A stretch of 64,000 bases of DNA from Felis catus. Taxonomy: Eukaryota. The notes below the pieces were generated by a model, which saw only the letters and a program-made list of their open reading frames with translations, ran no database searches and was not told the origin of the DNA. Made by a program: the position numbers and the translations under genes. This document shows positions 12,438 through 26,826 of the stretch, piece after piece (within the stretch, counting starts at the first letter, position 1; the number at the start of each line of letters is the position of its first letter). The stretch spans positions 19,842,001 to 19,906,000 of the forward strand of contig NC_058368.1 in assembly GCF_018350175.1 (NCBI RefSeq), read 5' to 3'.

Positions 12438-15400
12438 CTTGTTATTCTTTTAATGAGAATTTAGAATGCTTACTATGTTCTAGGCATATGATACAATTAT
12501 ATATAAGGTATCAGAGCTGTCATCAAGGAATTTATAGACTGTGACACCAACCATGTATAGGAACTGTTAAACCCATCCCAATGTCACCACTATGGTCCAA
12601 ATCACTTTATGTTCACAGTAAGAAACACCACCAGAATTCAAAAGGAAAAGACCTTTCTCATAAAGTCCCATAAACAAAATAAATTTAGAAATCCTGTTGT
12701 TCTAGAACCCATATGCTTGAACCCAAGATGGTTCTAGACAGTGGAATGCCAGAGCTAAAGAGCACTAGCTTCTGGGTGCCCCCCCAAAGACAAAACCACT
12801 TCTTCGAGGGGGGCATTATTGGTAAAACACCAAGCAGACCTGTGGGAGGGCAAGGGGAGTGTTTACGGAAAGACTTTTGGCAGGTGAACCTTATGATGCT
12901 CCTCAAACCATTTCCGAACTGTGATACTCTCACAGCAAAAGGCCCTGGGTTGATTACCCATAGGCCCTGGCAGGACCAAGGAGGCAAGGAGTGAACTGAA
13001 AAGAATACTGATGGCTATATTTGTTGTGACAATAAATGTCTTTCCTTTTGGGAAACGGGGGAATACACAGATTGACACAGATATCCTTCTAACTTCAACT
13101 CACCAGAGATTAACAAAAAAAGCAACCTCTGAAAGACTGATGTTATGACCCATTCAAAATGGGCTCTTATCCATGCAAGGAAATATCAAAGGGGCAAAAT
13201 TGTCTGGGGAAGGATAATAAGACACAGTAAATTCTGGCCAAATGGTAAAAGGAATCCCCCAGCAGGAAGAATTAGGAAGACACAAATAAAATATGATTTA
13301 AGCACAATATTTGTAGCTGGGTTGCAAAAATGTGATGTTTCACAAATAAGAATTCAGCTTTAAATGATGTGAAACTAATAATTCATAAGTCAATAAGGAA
13401 ATAATTGCTCTATCTGATGGTTGAAAGTTGAGGTCAGAGACGAAATGGCCGAGAGACTTCTATATGCCCACCTTGCACTGGCTTTCTCCAAAGGCTCAGT
13501 GAAATGTCTGACCAGACCCATAAAATTAAAATACAGTCCCTCCACTGACCACCTCCATCAAAACTGCATCCTCGAACTCTAGATGAGATAAACACACCAT
13601 GATACAAGACATGAAGATATATTTACTTCCTCCACCTTTAAGTGTTTCCCCACGAGAAAGGATAACCACACTTCGTAAGCTTTGTGGGGTGACCCCCCAC
13701 CTGCCAAGGCCTCCCATATACATCATCTGTATGTGGTTTGCCTGGGACTGCTCCTACACAAACCCAATAAGTGAAACTCAAGGCCTTGCCACTGGTCTGT
13801 TGATGTTCTATCATTAGCTTCCTATTTTCTCCCCCACGTTTCTTAAAACCTAAGGGAAAAAAATGCCCACAATTTATTTCTCAATAAAATAGTACAAGAA
13901 TTCATTTCCATGCTATCTGATTAAGACTTGCCACCCCTCTTTGCTGTTTCAGACTGAGGACAGACAGAAGAAGTGTATTTGGCAGAATTTTAGGAAGCAA
14001 GATAATAAAAGGTACAAAGAAGATGGAAAAGAAATTTGTGCAGGCCTGTGAGTACTGAAAAATAATAATCTCTTATGTAAGTACCAGGACTTTAGACCTT
14101 GATGGCTTGTTAATACCTTATTTTAAAAATTAAACACTTTCATAGTATCGAGCATTTTTAAAATGAAATCTTTGTAATTTCAGGCAGGTAGTCAGCTTAA
14201 GGTTTAGGGAAAACTAAAATAAAGAGAAGCCCCAGTCTGGGTGATTATATTAATGACCATATAATTTGAAGGAGGAAAGCTCAAGAGATATAAGCCCTAG
14301 ACAAAGGAAACTCAAGAATCCCACATCAACCTCAACAGAGTCGGTAATTAAGTGGATTACGGAGAAACTGGCTACTTGTATTTCTAATACTTTTACCCCT
14401 CAAGTGGTCTCAAAAAGTATATTTATGGCTCCTACTTTTTAAAAGGAGTATATATAGTTGAGAGAAGGCATTCTCAAAATACTCCTACTGGGGGGAAAGT
14501 TACCTATTTAATGTTATTTATACCTAGAACTCCTTCATTTTGTGGCTGATTTATTTTCTGTCCTTTGCTTATTGGTTGACCTTTGCTCAAATAAACACAA
14601 GTTTCTCTGAAGGTTGAGCTGCGGATTTCCAGCACACTGAGCGCTGTACAACAGCAAAGGCACTGCTCGTCAGCCCGCCCTGATCTTCACGGGATGTTCC
14701 AGTGGTCACTTGGAAGCCAAACAAACAGCGGCACTTCCGTGAGCAGAACTTCAGGTGTTAAACACACCCTGATCAGGTCAGATCTCGGGATCCTCCAATA
14801 AGAGGACTTCCAGGAGCACCCCACCACTGCACAGCAGAGATCTCACCCACAGACACGATCTCCTTCAGTCCTGGTTGTCACAACTCAGTATTTATTAGGT
14901 TTATAATGCTCAACCGTGTTTTACTTAATATATTAAGAACACATAGATGTAGGACTTCAACTGCCTAGCATTAAAAAGCATTTTTCATTTCAATCAACTA
15001 TTTTAGGCACTCTACTAAAATTAAACCACTTGTTTTCTTTTAATTTAGTCTGGGTAACATCAGCAAAATCACAGTGACTTATCAGTGGTCATTTTTTCTC
15101 TCCGACAAGTTTTAAGTTATCACTACAAGTTTAAGATCTAAGTACAGTAAATTTTAAAATACTCTGTCATATGAAAATCAAACAAGAGTATGCTAAGTAA
15201 ATGTTATAATTATTCAGATTAATTGACATCTGTTATCTTTAGCTTAGATAATCCACATTTTCATTTCCATTAAAAATCAGAAGTTCCTTAAGCACATTTT
15301 CTTCTTAGTAAGTACAGAACTAAAATATCAGATTACACAATTATTTTTGAAAATGTAAATAGCAAAAACAGTAAACTGGCTTTACATGTGGTTCTATAAT

Positions 15401-18400
15401 ATAACCTACACCGAAAGAAACCAAGAAAGGAACCAAGGAGTAAATTGAAATAAGGTATAAAATATTAGGATGAGCACTTCCCAATTATACCCAAATCCCC
15501 TAGCCCGCCAAGAAAGTCCCTTGATGGAGTTAAAGATGTTGCCTAAAAGTCACCAAAATAATCACTACCTGATAAAAACAGAACTTCACTATTTTAAATT
15601 CATTATTTTAAATACCTTTCAACCACTAATCTATCCATATGGGTTTGGGCCCAAAACTCTAATAAACCCAGAAGACGTGGGACAACGCACAACGAGCTCC
15701 ATACAAAGTCTTAAATTACAGAAAGTTCTCCTTTGACCAATGGGCAAATGGACATTTGCAATATACATACAAAATAAGTCATTTCCATCCTAGGTATAAA
15801 GCATATGAACATATTAATCATTCTAATTTTCTAAAGCCTCAATTTCAAGTTATCTGTCACTGCAGGACTGAAGTCCCAACACACGGGAAAAGGAAGCCAA
15901 TCCAGCCACAACCTCACAAATCCCCATTGGGTTAAGATCAGCAATAACAGTATATATATTGCTAAGTACCAAGAACCTGAAAGTGCAAATTACTTATTTA
16001 ATACATCTCATAACCAAAAATGTTTTTGCAAATCTGAGATCAAAGCTAATGACAGTGTATTCAACGGGCTTCAGAGTAGAGAAAAATGTAAAGGACTTGC
16101 CTGAAGTGACTCAGCAAATTGGTATCAAAAACGAAAATCAAATTCCAGTTTCCCACCCTGGCACAGGTTCTAACCTACAAGCTATTTTGAAAACATTAAA
16201 AAAATAAAAATACATATTTTTGGGTGAATTTAAGGTAAACAGTATGTCTATGTCCAAACGTCATCTCTCTATTTGTTTTAACTAATAAGATAATTCATTT
16301 AATGCATTCCCCACCTCACTTCACAAAGAATTTGAAGAGACTTTAAAAGTAGATACAATAAAACCAAATCATAGAAATAAGCAAAAAGTCATGACAAGGA
16401 AAACAGGTGTAAGAACAGAAAGAAAATTGGAATAAAGATCTGTTGGCAAACGATAGTTTCCATGTGTCACATTATCCACAAGGACCATGAATCGGGTCCT
16501 TAGAGCTGTCCCTCCCAACCTTTTTCACCTCATGATATACAGAAAACTAGATCTGAACAGCCACTGGAATAAATGGAAGAGATTCCTAGAGCCCAGACGA
16601 CTGGATTTCCCCCTGTGCAGCTAAGGAGACCAGTTTTCAGGGTCTGTAATCCATTTGGATGATCCCAACATGATGCAGCACATGGGCTGGTAATTTCTGT
16701 CTTAGAGAAAGCAAAGGGTTTCTGGCCCTCTTAGCGCTTCTTCAAAGGAGCACTGAGCATTACAGTAGACAATTTCTTCAAAAACAGCCATAAAGCATTG
16801 CATATATGCACACACCAGTGCGAGCCGAGGGCACGTAGAATGAAGGCATTTCTGCTGAGGGCTAACACAAAGTGGGAAAACTGTATCAACGAACAATCAG
16901 ACTGAGGGGGCCCCAGCACAACTCCAGATTGGGCAAATGCCATCCCGCCACGCCAAGGCAGAGAGCTGGAAAAATAGGTCATTTTATTTCCGTGTTAGGT
17001 GTGCCTTTTATTTGTATTTATCTTTGATAAACTGTCTGTTTTGCTTTGGGGACAAATTCATAAACGCTTAGGAGCCAAAGTAAATTTCATCTCCCCTGGC
17101 AACTATAGAACCCACAGAGGTTTCCAATTGTCCAACACACCCTCAGTCCTGAGGCTCTGGGCCTCTCAACCTCCTATTCACCACATCTTTGGCAGCTGAA
17201 CTGCTTTACCTATTCTGCATGCCCAAGGGGGGAAGCTGGCAATGGAGGCTCAGACACGATACCCAATACTTTAATCGAGTAAGCGAAATCTCAAACACCT
17301 GCCACTTTGGCTCCTGTTTGAGATTTCTCTCCTCCACCCCTCTGTCTGACCCCATGAATGGCAAACCTAGTTTAAAAAGTAAATCAAAAATAACTCAACC
17401 ATGAAAATGGGAATACCTATGCTTTTCATTCTTTGTTTTTCCTGCTGTAGAGAGATGCAAAGGCAGGGGTTGAAATGGTATCTACTAGAAGCCTGGAACA
17501 GATAATCACTAATGGCTACAACTGAAACCTCAACTCTACACCCTCAGAAAGGCCCCTCTCTGGTTTCCAAGCTCAAGCAGGTCCCAGTTGGGCACAGTGT
17601 AATTTGATCTTGTCACAGGCAATAAGCAGCTATTACAGGAGATACATCAAGAGGATGTTATTTTCTGGAAGAATATTAGATAAGGAAAGGCTCTTATTTC
17701 TCACTCATCCATAAAAATCGGCACATAGGAAACTACACAACAAGTCACCAGTCACCCCAAATCCTCTAGAGACGGCAGGGTTTTAAATGGACTTTCTTCT
17801 GGGAACCTTTGTGAGCATGTTTCCATTACACCTGCTGCTTGTGACAACACTCACCACACAGCATGAGTGGGGCTTATTTTAGGTCTGCCTTCCCCACCGT
17901 ACACACCATGAAGACAGGAATCATCTGCCCTATCTCGCCACTATATTCTTGGGACGTTGCACAGTGTTTAGTATGGCAGAAACATTTAAAATTTGTTGAA
18001 TAAGCTGTCCAAAGAAATTAAATGGAATAAATATTTCTTTCTGCTTTTTTTCTTTACTCACCCTCACTTTTCGCAGACAATCTGCAGCTCGGCACCACAG
18101 TGGCACCAATTGGGACATGGCTCAGTCCTTTCTCTTTAAAGATCATAGAGATCCAGGAGAAACTGAACGGACAGGAATTGGGAGGTATACAATCTGGGCT
18201 AGGCTGAGTTAGATACTTGCAGTTAGGAGTGACGGGAACCCACTGGAGTGAAAGGAAGCAATAATGAATGTATCCAGTAAAAGAGGGAATCTCTTGAACT
18301 CAAAGGCAGAAGCAGAGCCAGGGTTCTGGAGGGGAGGAGGAGAAAAGCCTCAGGCATCATCTGTTTAGGCTTCTCTCCCTCTTGAGCCAAGTGGTCCTTC

Positions 18401-19629
18401 CTCCTTGATTCAGACTTCCTTCTAAGCGGATCAGCTTTCACTGTTTCTTTACTCACAGCTGTAAGGTCTATATATTCCCAACTCAAGGGACCAGCCACGG
18501 CTGAAACTTAGCATTTCCTACTCCAAATTCTAAATTCTGGGAAAATCAGGTTGGCTCAGGAGCAAACAGCCTTAACCAGGCAAGTCTGGCCTCTCCTCAT
18601 TCCCTCCTAAAGGGGAAGTCAGAGCTTCTCAGAAAAGATCAGGTCTGAGGACACCCCCAAAGCACGATGTGCCTGCTCCTTACCCTTCCCTTGTGTACCA
18701 CTCCCCCAAGTTCATCCAGCCTTATCATAAATCCCTGCCTTTCAGGCTCTCTCCCAACCATCAAATTCTGCCTCCACTATTCATTCTTTTTCATCCAATG
18801 CCTTCCTCTTCTTCCCACCCATTAAACTTCAAATTCTTCTCGCTGCTACAAAACAGTACTATCCTACCCGGAACATGACAAATACTATACTAAATTTTAA
18901 TAAATGAAATAAACAAGTAAGCCATATATTACACGTAAAGATATTTTCTTGATGTTTTCTTCTGGATTTGGAATATTACTTATTATATGCCACTATAAAC
19001 ACATTATATGGTCATATGTGCCTTGTGATGTCCATGTCATAGTCTCCAGACATACTGTATCTTTTTACTTATTTTGTAACTAATACCACATAACCATTAT
19101 TTAAGGACAAAACTAAGTAATCTCTTAACAAAACACCTTTCAATAGGAAGAACTGAAAAACAAACCTTTGGAAATTCAAAGCTATTTCAGGTTTTCTAAG
19201 TGTCCAAAACTATAGCATAATTCCTTATGCAACAAGATTCTGCCTCTCTCAAGTTAAATAAAACTGACTCTTGCTCAAATATTAGTTACCATGTTATCTA
19301 AATACATTCAACTCCTAGGAACATAAAAGCCAATTTCTGATCAATTGTGAAGAACATATCGTTCTTTTTACTTCTCCACAGTAGTGGAGTTATCCAACAA
19401 TGAAAGATTATGGAAATCATCTTGACCATATGCACCTTAATTATCTGCAAACCCTGGCAACTAGCTCAGTGGCCTGGATACAGCAGGGGCACAATAAATA
19501 TTTGATCCACTAGAATGTGTACTTATATCTAAGTATGTAGAAATCAATACTATACATGCATGAGGCTTTCTGTATGCGCTCATAGAATCATGTGTAAAAT
19601 AGATCAGCATGTTGGCTATAATGTCAGAA

Positions 19630-19797
19630 GACACTCTTCTCAATGCACTTTAAAGTGCATTCAAATCGCCTAGGGATATCATTAAAAATGCAGATTCCGA
19701 TTCTATAGATCTAGCATGGTACCCAATACTTGTATTTTTGGTAGGTTCTAGGGTGACCTTAATGCTGCTGGTTCACACACATTTTAATAGCAAGGTA
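19630..19797. mobile_element. MER5-like hAT-Charlie DNA transposon fossil
   Basis: ttaaaaatgcagattcc...ggtgacc..aatgctgctgg core motifs. Confidence 0.65.
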
Positions 19798-21707
19798 ATG
19801 CCCTTTCCACTCCCTTTATGAAAGGCCACAGGCAAAATACACAAATAATGAAAGGGTCCTCTTTCTGAATCTCAAAGACTGTGTTCAGTCACTAGGAATA
19901 TGTATGATAATGTTCTCAGGGACTTATCTGTATTATCAGATTCAAGTCTTCAATAAGTATTGATGTACTGAGCACTTTTGCCAGGTGTAGGAGCCACAGC
20001 AGCCTTTAGTCATTCACACAGCTGAATAAATGACAGAAAAGCAACTGGAGGCATCCCTGTATTCTCAGTGACATTCAAATAAAGACAGCATCACAGAATG
20101 ACAGCAAAACGGGTTTAGATGTGTGTATAGGGAAGGGGGCGCATAAGCAATTGCTTAGGATCCTGTCTCCATGAGGTTCCTACTCAAGTTCATCTCAAGA
20201 AGATTCCTTGCTTACCATCCCTGAGCCCTCATCTTTCTGTCCAGGTCTGACTCTCCTCTGTCTTCATAGTCAAGGTAGTAACAGATCTCTAGAGTCAACT
20301 TCAACTTGCTGGACTACAGACCTTCCCCACTCCTCCAGTTAGATACCGTGTCAGGTTTGATGAAAAGGGAAGATCGTAGAAAAGACTTTGATACCACTCA
20401 AAGATCAGAAAAAACAATCAATCAGAGAATTCCTTTCCCTTTCCTTCTGCCTGAGCCCTCGTCACTGCCACTGCTTAAAGAGGAAGTTCACGTAGGCCCT
20501 TTGCTGCATAAATGCTGTCTGCTGGAGGCTCAACAGGTTAAGGGGCCAATACAAGTCCTCAGAACCACAAGAAGTTTCTTCTTCCCTCATGCAGGACTGA
20601 CCACTTGGTTCAGCTTTGTGGTTATCACTTGTTTGTTATAAAATTCTAAAGCCACACAAAACCTCAAAGATAATTTGAAAATCACAGAAACCCATTATAT
20701 TCTTAATAATTCATTTGTTCATAAACAAGCAAAATAGCTATTTAAGTTATTACAGCATTCTTTTGCCAGAGGCATAAACTTAATCACATCTATAATTCAG
20801 CATGAATTTATTCCGGTTGTACACCGTGGCACATACTTCTCAAACTGGGGTACCTGTATCCAGGGGGGGAGTGCACGCTGTAGCAAGCCGGAGGGGACAC
20901 AGGCCCAAAGGACAAACCTGAGGGATTTTTCTAGGGTGTCAGTTTTAATTAAGATTTGAAGGAGAGTCAGGGAAACATTGAATAATATAACTAATAACGA
21001 AATTAAATAACTTTTATACTCAAATAAACATGGAATAGGATCCCCAAACCTCATCACTTTTTAAAGACAAAATGCCAGGCTAAAAAGACATTTCCTATTT
21101 AGAGGTGCTAGCTATTCTGTAGGAGAACTTCTGCCAGCACACAAGTCTAAGAATCAAATCTAAGGATGTTTTATAATATATTTAAAGATTAGCTATTTAT
21201 CGGCACAAGGACGTATTTTGCATATAAAATCTTGAGGACATGAGGCTGACTTCTACTTAGAATGTTTCAATTGTAAGCAAGCCCTTCTGGGTACCAAATG
21301 GTCAACGCTGAATGTCTTGTATTTGAATGAATAATATGACAATAGTGCAAGAACAAATTTACTTCACAAAGGTAATCACCAGGCAAAATTTTAAATGTCG
21401 AAGGAAGAACTCCACAAGAAAGTGAAACAAAAAGTTGGAAAGGGGGGAGACAGCTGTAATCAGAAAGCCGATGTCCTATAGCCTGTCTTCCATTAATCTT
21501 ATTCAGAAACTATGAATATATGGTCAATTTCAGAACAATTTTCCTATTTTACATACTGAGAGCTAAAATGATTTAATATGGTACTTTCCATTACAAGGTT
21601 AATCTCAACCCTCAGACATCCCCACTCAAGAAGGAAACACAGAGAAGGCAATCTGGAAAGGAAGTGGTCCATGTCTAATTTCTAAAGACAGAGATCCAGA
21701 TACTTAC

Positions 21708-21775
21708 AAGGCATCATATGGTATATGCTTGGCCAATATTGTCCACTGTCTCTCTTTAGCCATACACGAACGGTC
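21708..21775 (-). CDS. WDFY2: WD repeat and FYVE domain-containing protein 2, internal coding exon (exon 2, 68 nt)
   Basis: Minus strand reads ttttttcttttgtag|G ACC GTT CGT GTA TGG CTA AAG AGA GAC AGT GGA CAA TAT TGG CCA AGC ATA TAC CAT ATG ATG CCT T|gtaagt = (R)[22 protein letters not shown](S). It has a strong polypyrimidine tract, an AG acceptor and a GTAAGT donor, and matches the WDFY-family N-terminal WD40 region as I recall it. Confidence 0.96.
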
Positions 21776-23927
21776 CTACAAAAGAAAAAAAAAAGTGTAT
21801 GTTAAATCACAGCATTGTTAGTCATGGGAAAATGTTCATTGATAGAAACCAAACCTCTTAACTTTAATTATATATATCTTAACTATATATGTTATATACA
21901 CATATAGATCTTAACTATATATATACTGCATATACATATATATGTGTAAGCATACTACTTATGCCTCTCTATAGATCCTATATTTCTTAAATGTAAGACT
22001 TGTGTACACTTAGAATTACATACACCTTTGTGAATATTGTCCTCATATATGTCTATATACACACATGCGATAGCAAAGGTGCTTGAAAATTACTATTTTT
22101 GTTGTTGTTCTGCCTCTCCTAGTATGTGACCTCTGCCGTAGTCTGTTGGAAGCATTCATCTGTCTGAGAAGTTATTAGGTTTAACTAGTGAAGGAAGTGT
22201 GAGGAGATAAAATGAAGAATCTGACATACACAGAAGGATTACATAGTAAGTGCTTTGTCTTACTGTAGTGCCAGGCCATTATCCTGAGTGAAGGTTTCTC
22301 CAAACACGGTCAGGTAATGATAAACTCTGAGACTCAGATTCCTGAGCTAGAGGGCTGGCCAATGGGGCCCACCGTGAAACAAGGGAGATTCTGCAGCAAA
22401 GGCTGTGGATTAAGTTCCAGGCCAGCAGGCCAGATACAGACATGGCAGATGCCCGGGAGAGCTCAGAGAGAAGGAGCCAAAGAGAAAATGAACCAGTGAG
22501 GGAGCACCACTAGGTTCTTACCAACCAGAAAGGCCCCACCATAAGTTACACCAGCCATGACATCATCGGCACATGCCAGCCAGGCAAACACAACTAGAAG
22601 GTAATAGGACACTCTTCTAGGAACCAGAGGAAGTAGCAGAACTCGAACTAAGGGGAAAAAGCAGTTCCCCACTGCCAGAATATCATACAGGCCATACCTC
22701 TCACCCCACACACTTAAATCATCCCAGGGAAAAAAGCAAAGACTGAGCAATTTTATCTTACATATTTCAGTCATCATACTAGACTAAGTTTTAAATTGTA
22801 TTGGATTTTTTTCCCTAATCAATAGGTCTCCCACCAAATGGGGTAGCAGGACAAAAAACCAGACCAACTACAGACACAATAAAGAAATGCCATTTTCTCA
22901 GCCACAAGATACAACGTAGTGATATACAGTGACACAGCTATATATATACAGATGCAAAATTTCATCTTTTGGGCCAACTATCCTAATTTATGAGATGGAC
23001 AGATATAATGGTAAATTACTTATGAAAAGTAATTCAATATATACACTAAATACCTATCAGTTTCACTTAAACAAAAATTTTTTTAAATATGCTAGTACAA
23101 CATTTTAATATGGACATTATTATCTCAACAAAAATAAATAGGTGACATCACCAAAAAGGGCAGAGTAGGAAGCTCCAGGAATCAGTCCCTAAACCAAATC
23201 AACTACTGAGCTGGCAAGAACTATTTTAGAACTCTGGGGTCTAGCTAGACACTTGCAGCATCTGAAAAATGCTTGATGAAGAAAGAAGCTAGTATATATC
23301 AGTGAATTTCACATTTTACTAACAGCTGCCACCATGCATTCCTCATCCTTAGAGAAGGCAGCTGTGGCAACAGTGGCCCATACTCACAGGATGGCTTGCT
23401 GGTACCAAGGTAGGAACCCATCCTCCAACACTGGGGATGTGTGTTCGGATCTGCCTGTTGGTCCACTGAGAGAGGAGGGAGAGACTGGCCACTGTTTCAA
23501 ACCCCTAAGGCTGAAGGGCTTCCCAGGCAATGCCTGTCAAAGGAATTTAAAGAGGCAAAAACCCCTTTTTCCTTTATTAAGTCCAGGCATTGGAAGAAAT
23601 CACAGGTTGACCTCAGAGATAACAGAACAGAGTCTTTAATGATCACATACAATAAGGAATACAGTCTTTGCAAAAATAATGTGTTAAAGTCACTAAACAG
23701 AAAACTGCAACATTCCAAAGTAACAACAGCAATCTCTGGAGAGGAGGGAGAATGTGATTTTCAGAGTTACTATATTATACTGTCTAAAATAATCAATTCT
23801 CAAGAAAATAGTACAAAGTATACAAAAAAACAAGAAATGGCCTTTTCATAGGAAAAAAAAAGTGACAAAAACCAATGAAGAAATCCAACACTGATTGGTC
23901 CTATCAGACAAAAACTTTAACTATCTA

Positions 23928-24142
23928 GGGGCACCTGGGTGGCTCAGTCAGTTAAGTGTCCAATTCTTGATTTTGGCTCAAGTCATGACCTCGCAGTCGT
24001 GAGACCGAGCCCCATGTCGGACTCTGTGCTGAGTGTGGATCCTGCTTGGGATTCTCTCTCTCCCTCTCTCTCTCTGCTCCTCCACTGCTTGCACTCACTC
24101 CCCCCCCCAGCAAAACAACAACAACAAGAAACAACCTTTAAA
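23928..24142 (+). mobile_element. Can-SINE nested in the old L1
   Basis: SINE head and (CT)n tract. TSD TTAACTATCTA (23917-23927, 24143-24153). Confidence 0.92.
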
Positions 24143-24802
24143 TTAACTATCTATATGCCCAAAGGCCCAAAGGGAAACCATAAATAAAGAACTAAGGGAA
24201 ATCAGAATAAGAATGTATGAACAAGTAGGGCATCTGAATAGAAGACTGAATTTATATAAAAGAGAATCAAATAGAAATTTTGGAGCTGAAATGAAAAACT
24301 CACTAGAGAGGCTCAACAGGAAGTCTCAAGACAGAAGAATCAGCAAACTTCAAGATAGGATGCTTAAAATTACCTAGTCTCCTCCCAGTCTGAGGAGAAG
24401 AAAGAAAGAAGAATGAAGAAAAAGCAAACAGAACCTAAGGGACCTGTGGGACACTACTGAGTATACCCACATATATACTATGAGAAGGAGAAGAAAAAGA
24501 CAAAGAGGTAGAAAAATATTTGATGAAAAATGGCTGAAAATTTCCCTAATTTGATGAAAGATATGAATTTATGTATCCAAAAAGCTCAATGAACTCCAGG
24601 ACAGATGAACTCAAAGCAATTCACAAGAGACACATAATAATCAAACTGCTGAAAGTCAGAAAGAAAATCTTAAAAGCAGCAAGATTTTTCATCAAAAGGC
24701 TCAGAGATCAGAAGGCAGTGAGATGATAATGTGCTAAAAGAAAAGAACTGTAAACCAAGAATTCTCTATCTGGCTAAACTATTCTTCAAAAATAAAGGAG
24801 AA

Positions 24803-25026
24803 GGGGCGCCTGGGTGGTGCAGTCGGTTAAGCGTCCGACTTCAGCCAGGTCACGATCTCGCGGTCTGTGGGTTCGAGCCCTGCGTCGGGCTCTGGGCTGA
24901 TGGCTCGGAGCCTGGAGCCTGTTTCCGATTCTGTGTCTCCCTCTCTCTCTGCCCCTCGCCCGTTCATGTTCTGTCTCTCTCTGTCCCAAAAATAAATAAA
25001 AAAGTTGAAAAAAAAAATTTTTTTTT
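24803..25026 (+). mobile_element. Young SINEC_Fc-type Can-SINE nested in L1 ORF1
   Basis: CpG-rich body. TSD AAAAATAAAGGAGAA (24788-24802, 25027-25041). Confidence 0.95.
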
Positions 25027-26610
25027 AAAAATAAAGGAGAAATTAAGACATTTCCAGATAATCAAAAGCTAATGAAGCTCATTACTAGTAGACCTTTACT
25101 ACAATAAATACTAAAAAGAATTATTCAGACTAAAACAAAAAGACAATAGACAGTACTTGAAGACATACAGAGAAACTAAGATCACTGGTAAAGGCAATTA
25201 CACAGGTGAATATAAAAGCTAGTATTATTGTGTGTCTTGTTTGTAACTTTTCTTTTTGTTTCCTGTGTGAATAAGTCACGAATTTTAGCCTATATTAATG
25301 GGCGCAAAACATGAGAGTATAATTTGTGACCATAACAAGAAAAGAGGGATACACAACTGATCAGGACTAGCGTTAATGTGTACTATTGAAATTAAGTTGT
25401 TATAAATTCAGACTACATTGTTATAAATTTAGGATGTTAAAAATCCCTTTGGCAACCACTAATAAATAACTTAAAAACATACATCAAAGAAAAGAAAGAA
25501 ATCAAAATGGTACACAAGAAAAAAATCAATCAAACATAGAAGAAGGAGACAGTGGGGGACTTGAGCAACAAAAAGGATGTGATACATACACAAAAAGCAA
25601 AATGGCAGAAATTCTTCCTTATCAGTCATTATTTCAAATGTAAGTGAATTAAACTACAAATTAAAAGACAAGTAACGGCAGAATGGAGTAAAAAGACATG
25701 GTCCCACTTTATGCTGCTTAAAGGAGACTCACTTTAGACCCCCAAACATAAATAAGTTAAAAGTAAAAGGATGGAAAAAAGATATTCTATAGAAATAGAA
25801 ACCAAAAGACAGCCAGGATAGCTATGCTAGCAACAGGCAAAATATATTATTAAGTCAAAAACTTCTATAAGAAATAAAGAAGGACATTATATATTGACAA
25901 AGGATCAATTCATCACAAAGGCATAACAGTTGTAAATACATATGCACCAAACATATCAAACACTGGCAAAATTGAAAGGAGAACTAGATAGTTCTACAAT
26001 AATAGTTGGGACTTCAATATACCACTTTCAATAATAGATGGAATACCTAGACAAAAGATGAAAAAGAAATTAGAGAATTTAAACAACACTATAAACCAAC
26101 TAGACCTAACAAATATAAAGAACACTCCAACCAACAACAGCAGAACACAGTTTCTTCTTAAGTACACATGGAACATTCCTCAGGACAGACCACATGTTAG
26201 GCCATAAAACAATTGTCAATATATTTTAATAGACTGAAATCATACAAAGTATCTTCTCCAACCACAATGAAATGAAACTAAAATCAATAAGAGAAGAAAA
26301 CTGGAAAAAAATCACAAATATGGGGAAATTAAACAACATAACCTTAAACAACCAATGGATCAAAGAAGAATCACTAGGAAAATCAGAAAACACTCTGAAA
26401 TGAATAAAAATTAAAATGCAACATAATAAAACTTATGAGAGGCAGCAAAAGCAGTACACAGAGGTTAAGTTACAGCTCTAAATGCCTACTTTAAAACAGA
26501 AGAAAGAGTTCAAATCAACAACCTCACTTTATACTTTATGGGACTAAAAAAACAAAAGCAAACTAAACCCAAAGCCAGCACGGTAGAAGTATATAATAAA
26601 GATCAGAACA

Positions 26611-26826
26611 GGGGCGCCTGGGTGGCGCAGTCGGTTAAGCGTCCGACTTCAGCCAGGTCACGATCTCGCGGTCTGGGAGTTCGAGCCCCGCGTCAGGCTC
26701 TGGGCTGATGGCTCAGAGCCTGGAGCCTGTTTCTGATTCTGTGTCTCCCTCTCTCTCTGCCCCTCCCCCATTCATGCTCTGTCCTCTCTGTCCCAAAAAT
26801 AAATAAACGTTGAAAAAAAAAAAAAA
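26611..26826 (+). mobile_element. Young SINEC_Fc-type Can-SINE nested in L1 ORF2
   Basis: Near-consensus body with a pure A tail. TSD AAAGATCAGAACA (26598-26610, 26827-26839). Confidence 0.96.

Noticed and set aside
14600..14900. Possible enhancer (ACTTCCG ETS-like and AAACAAACA FOX-like words) in intron 2
   Set aside because: Short motifs alone cannot be told apart from chance without conservation or chromatin data.
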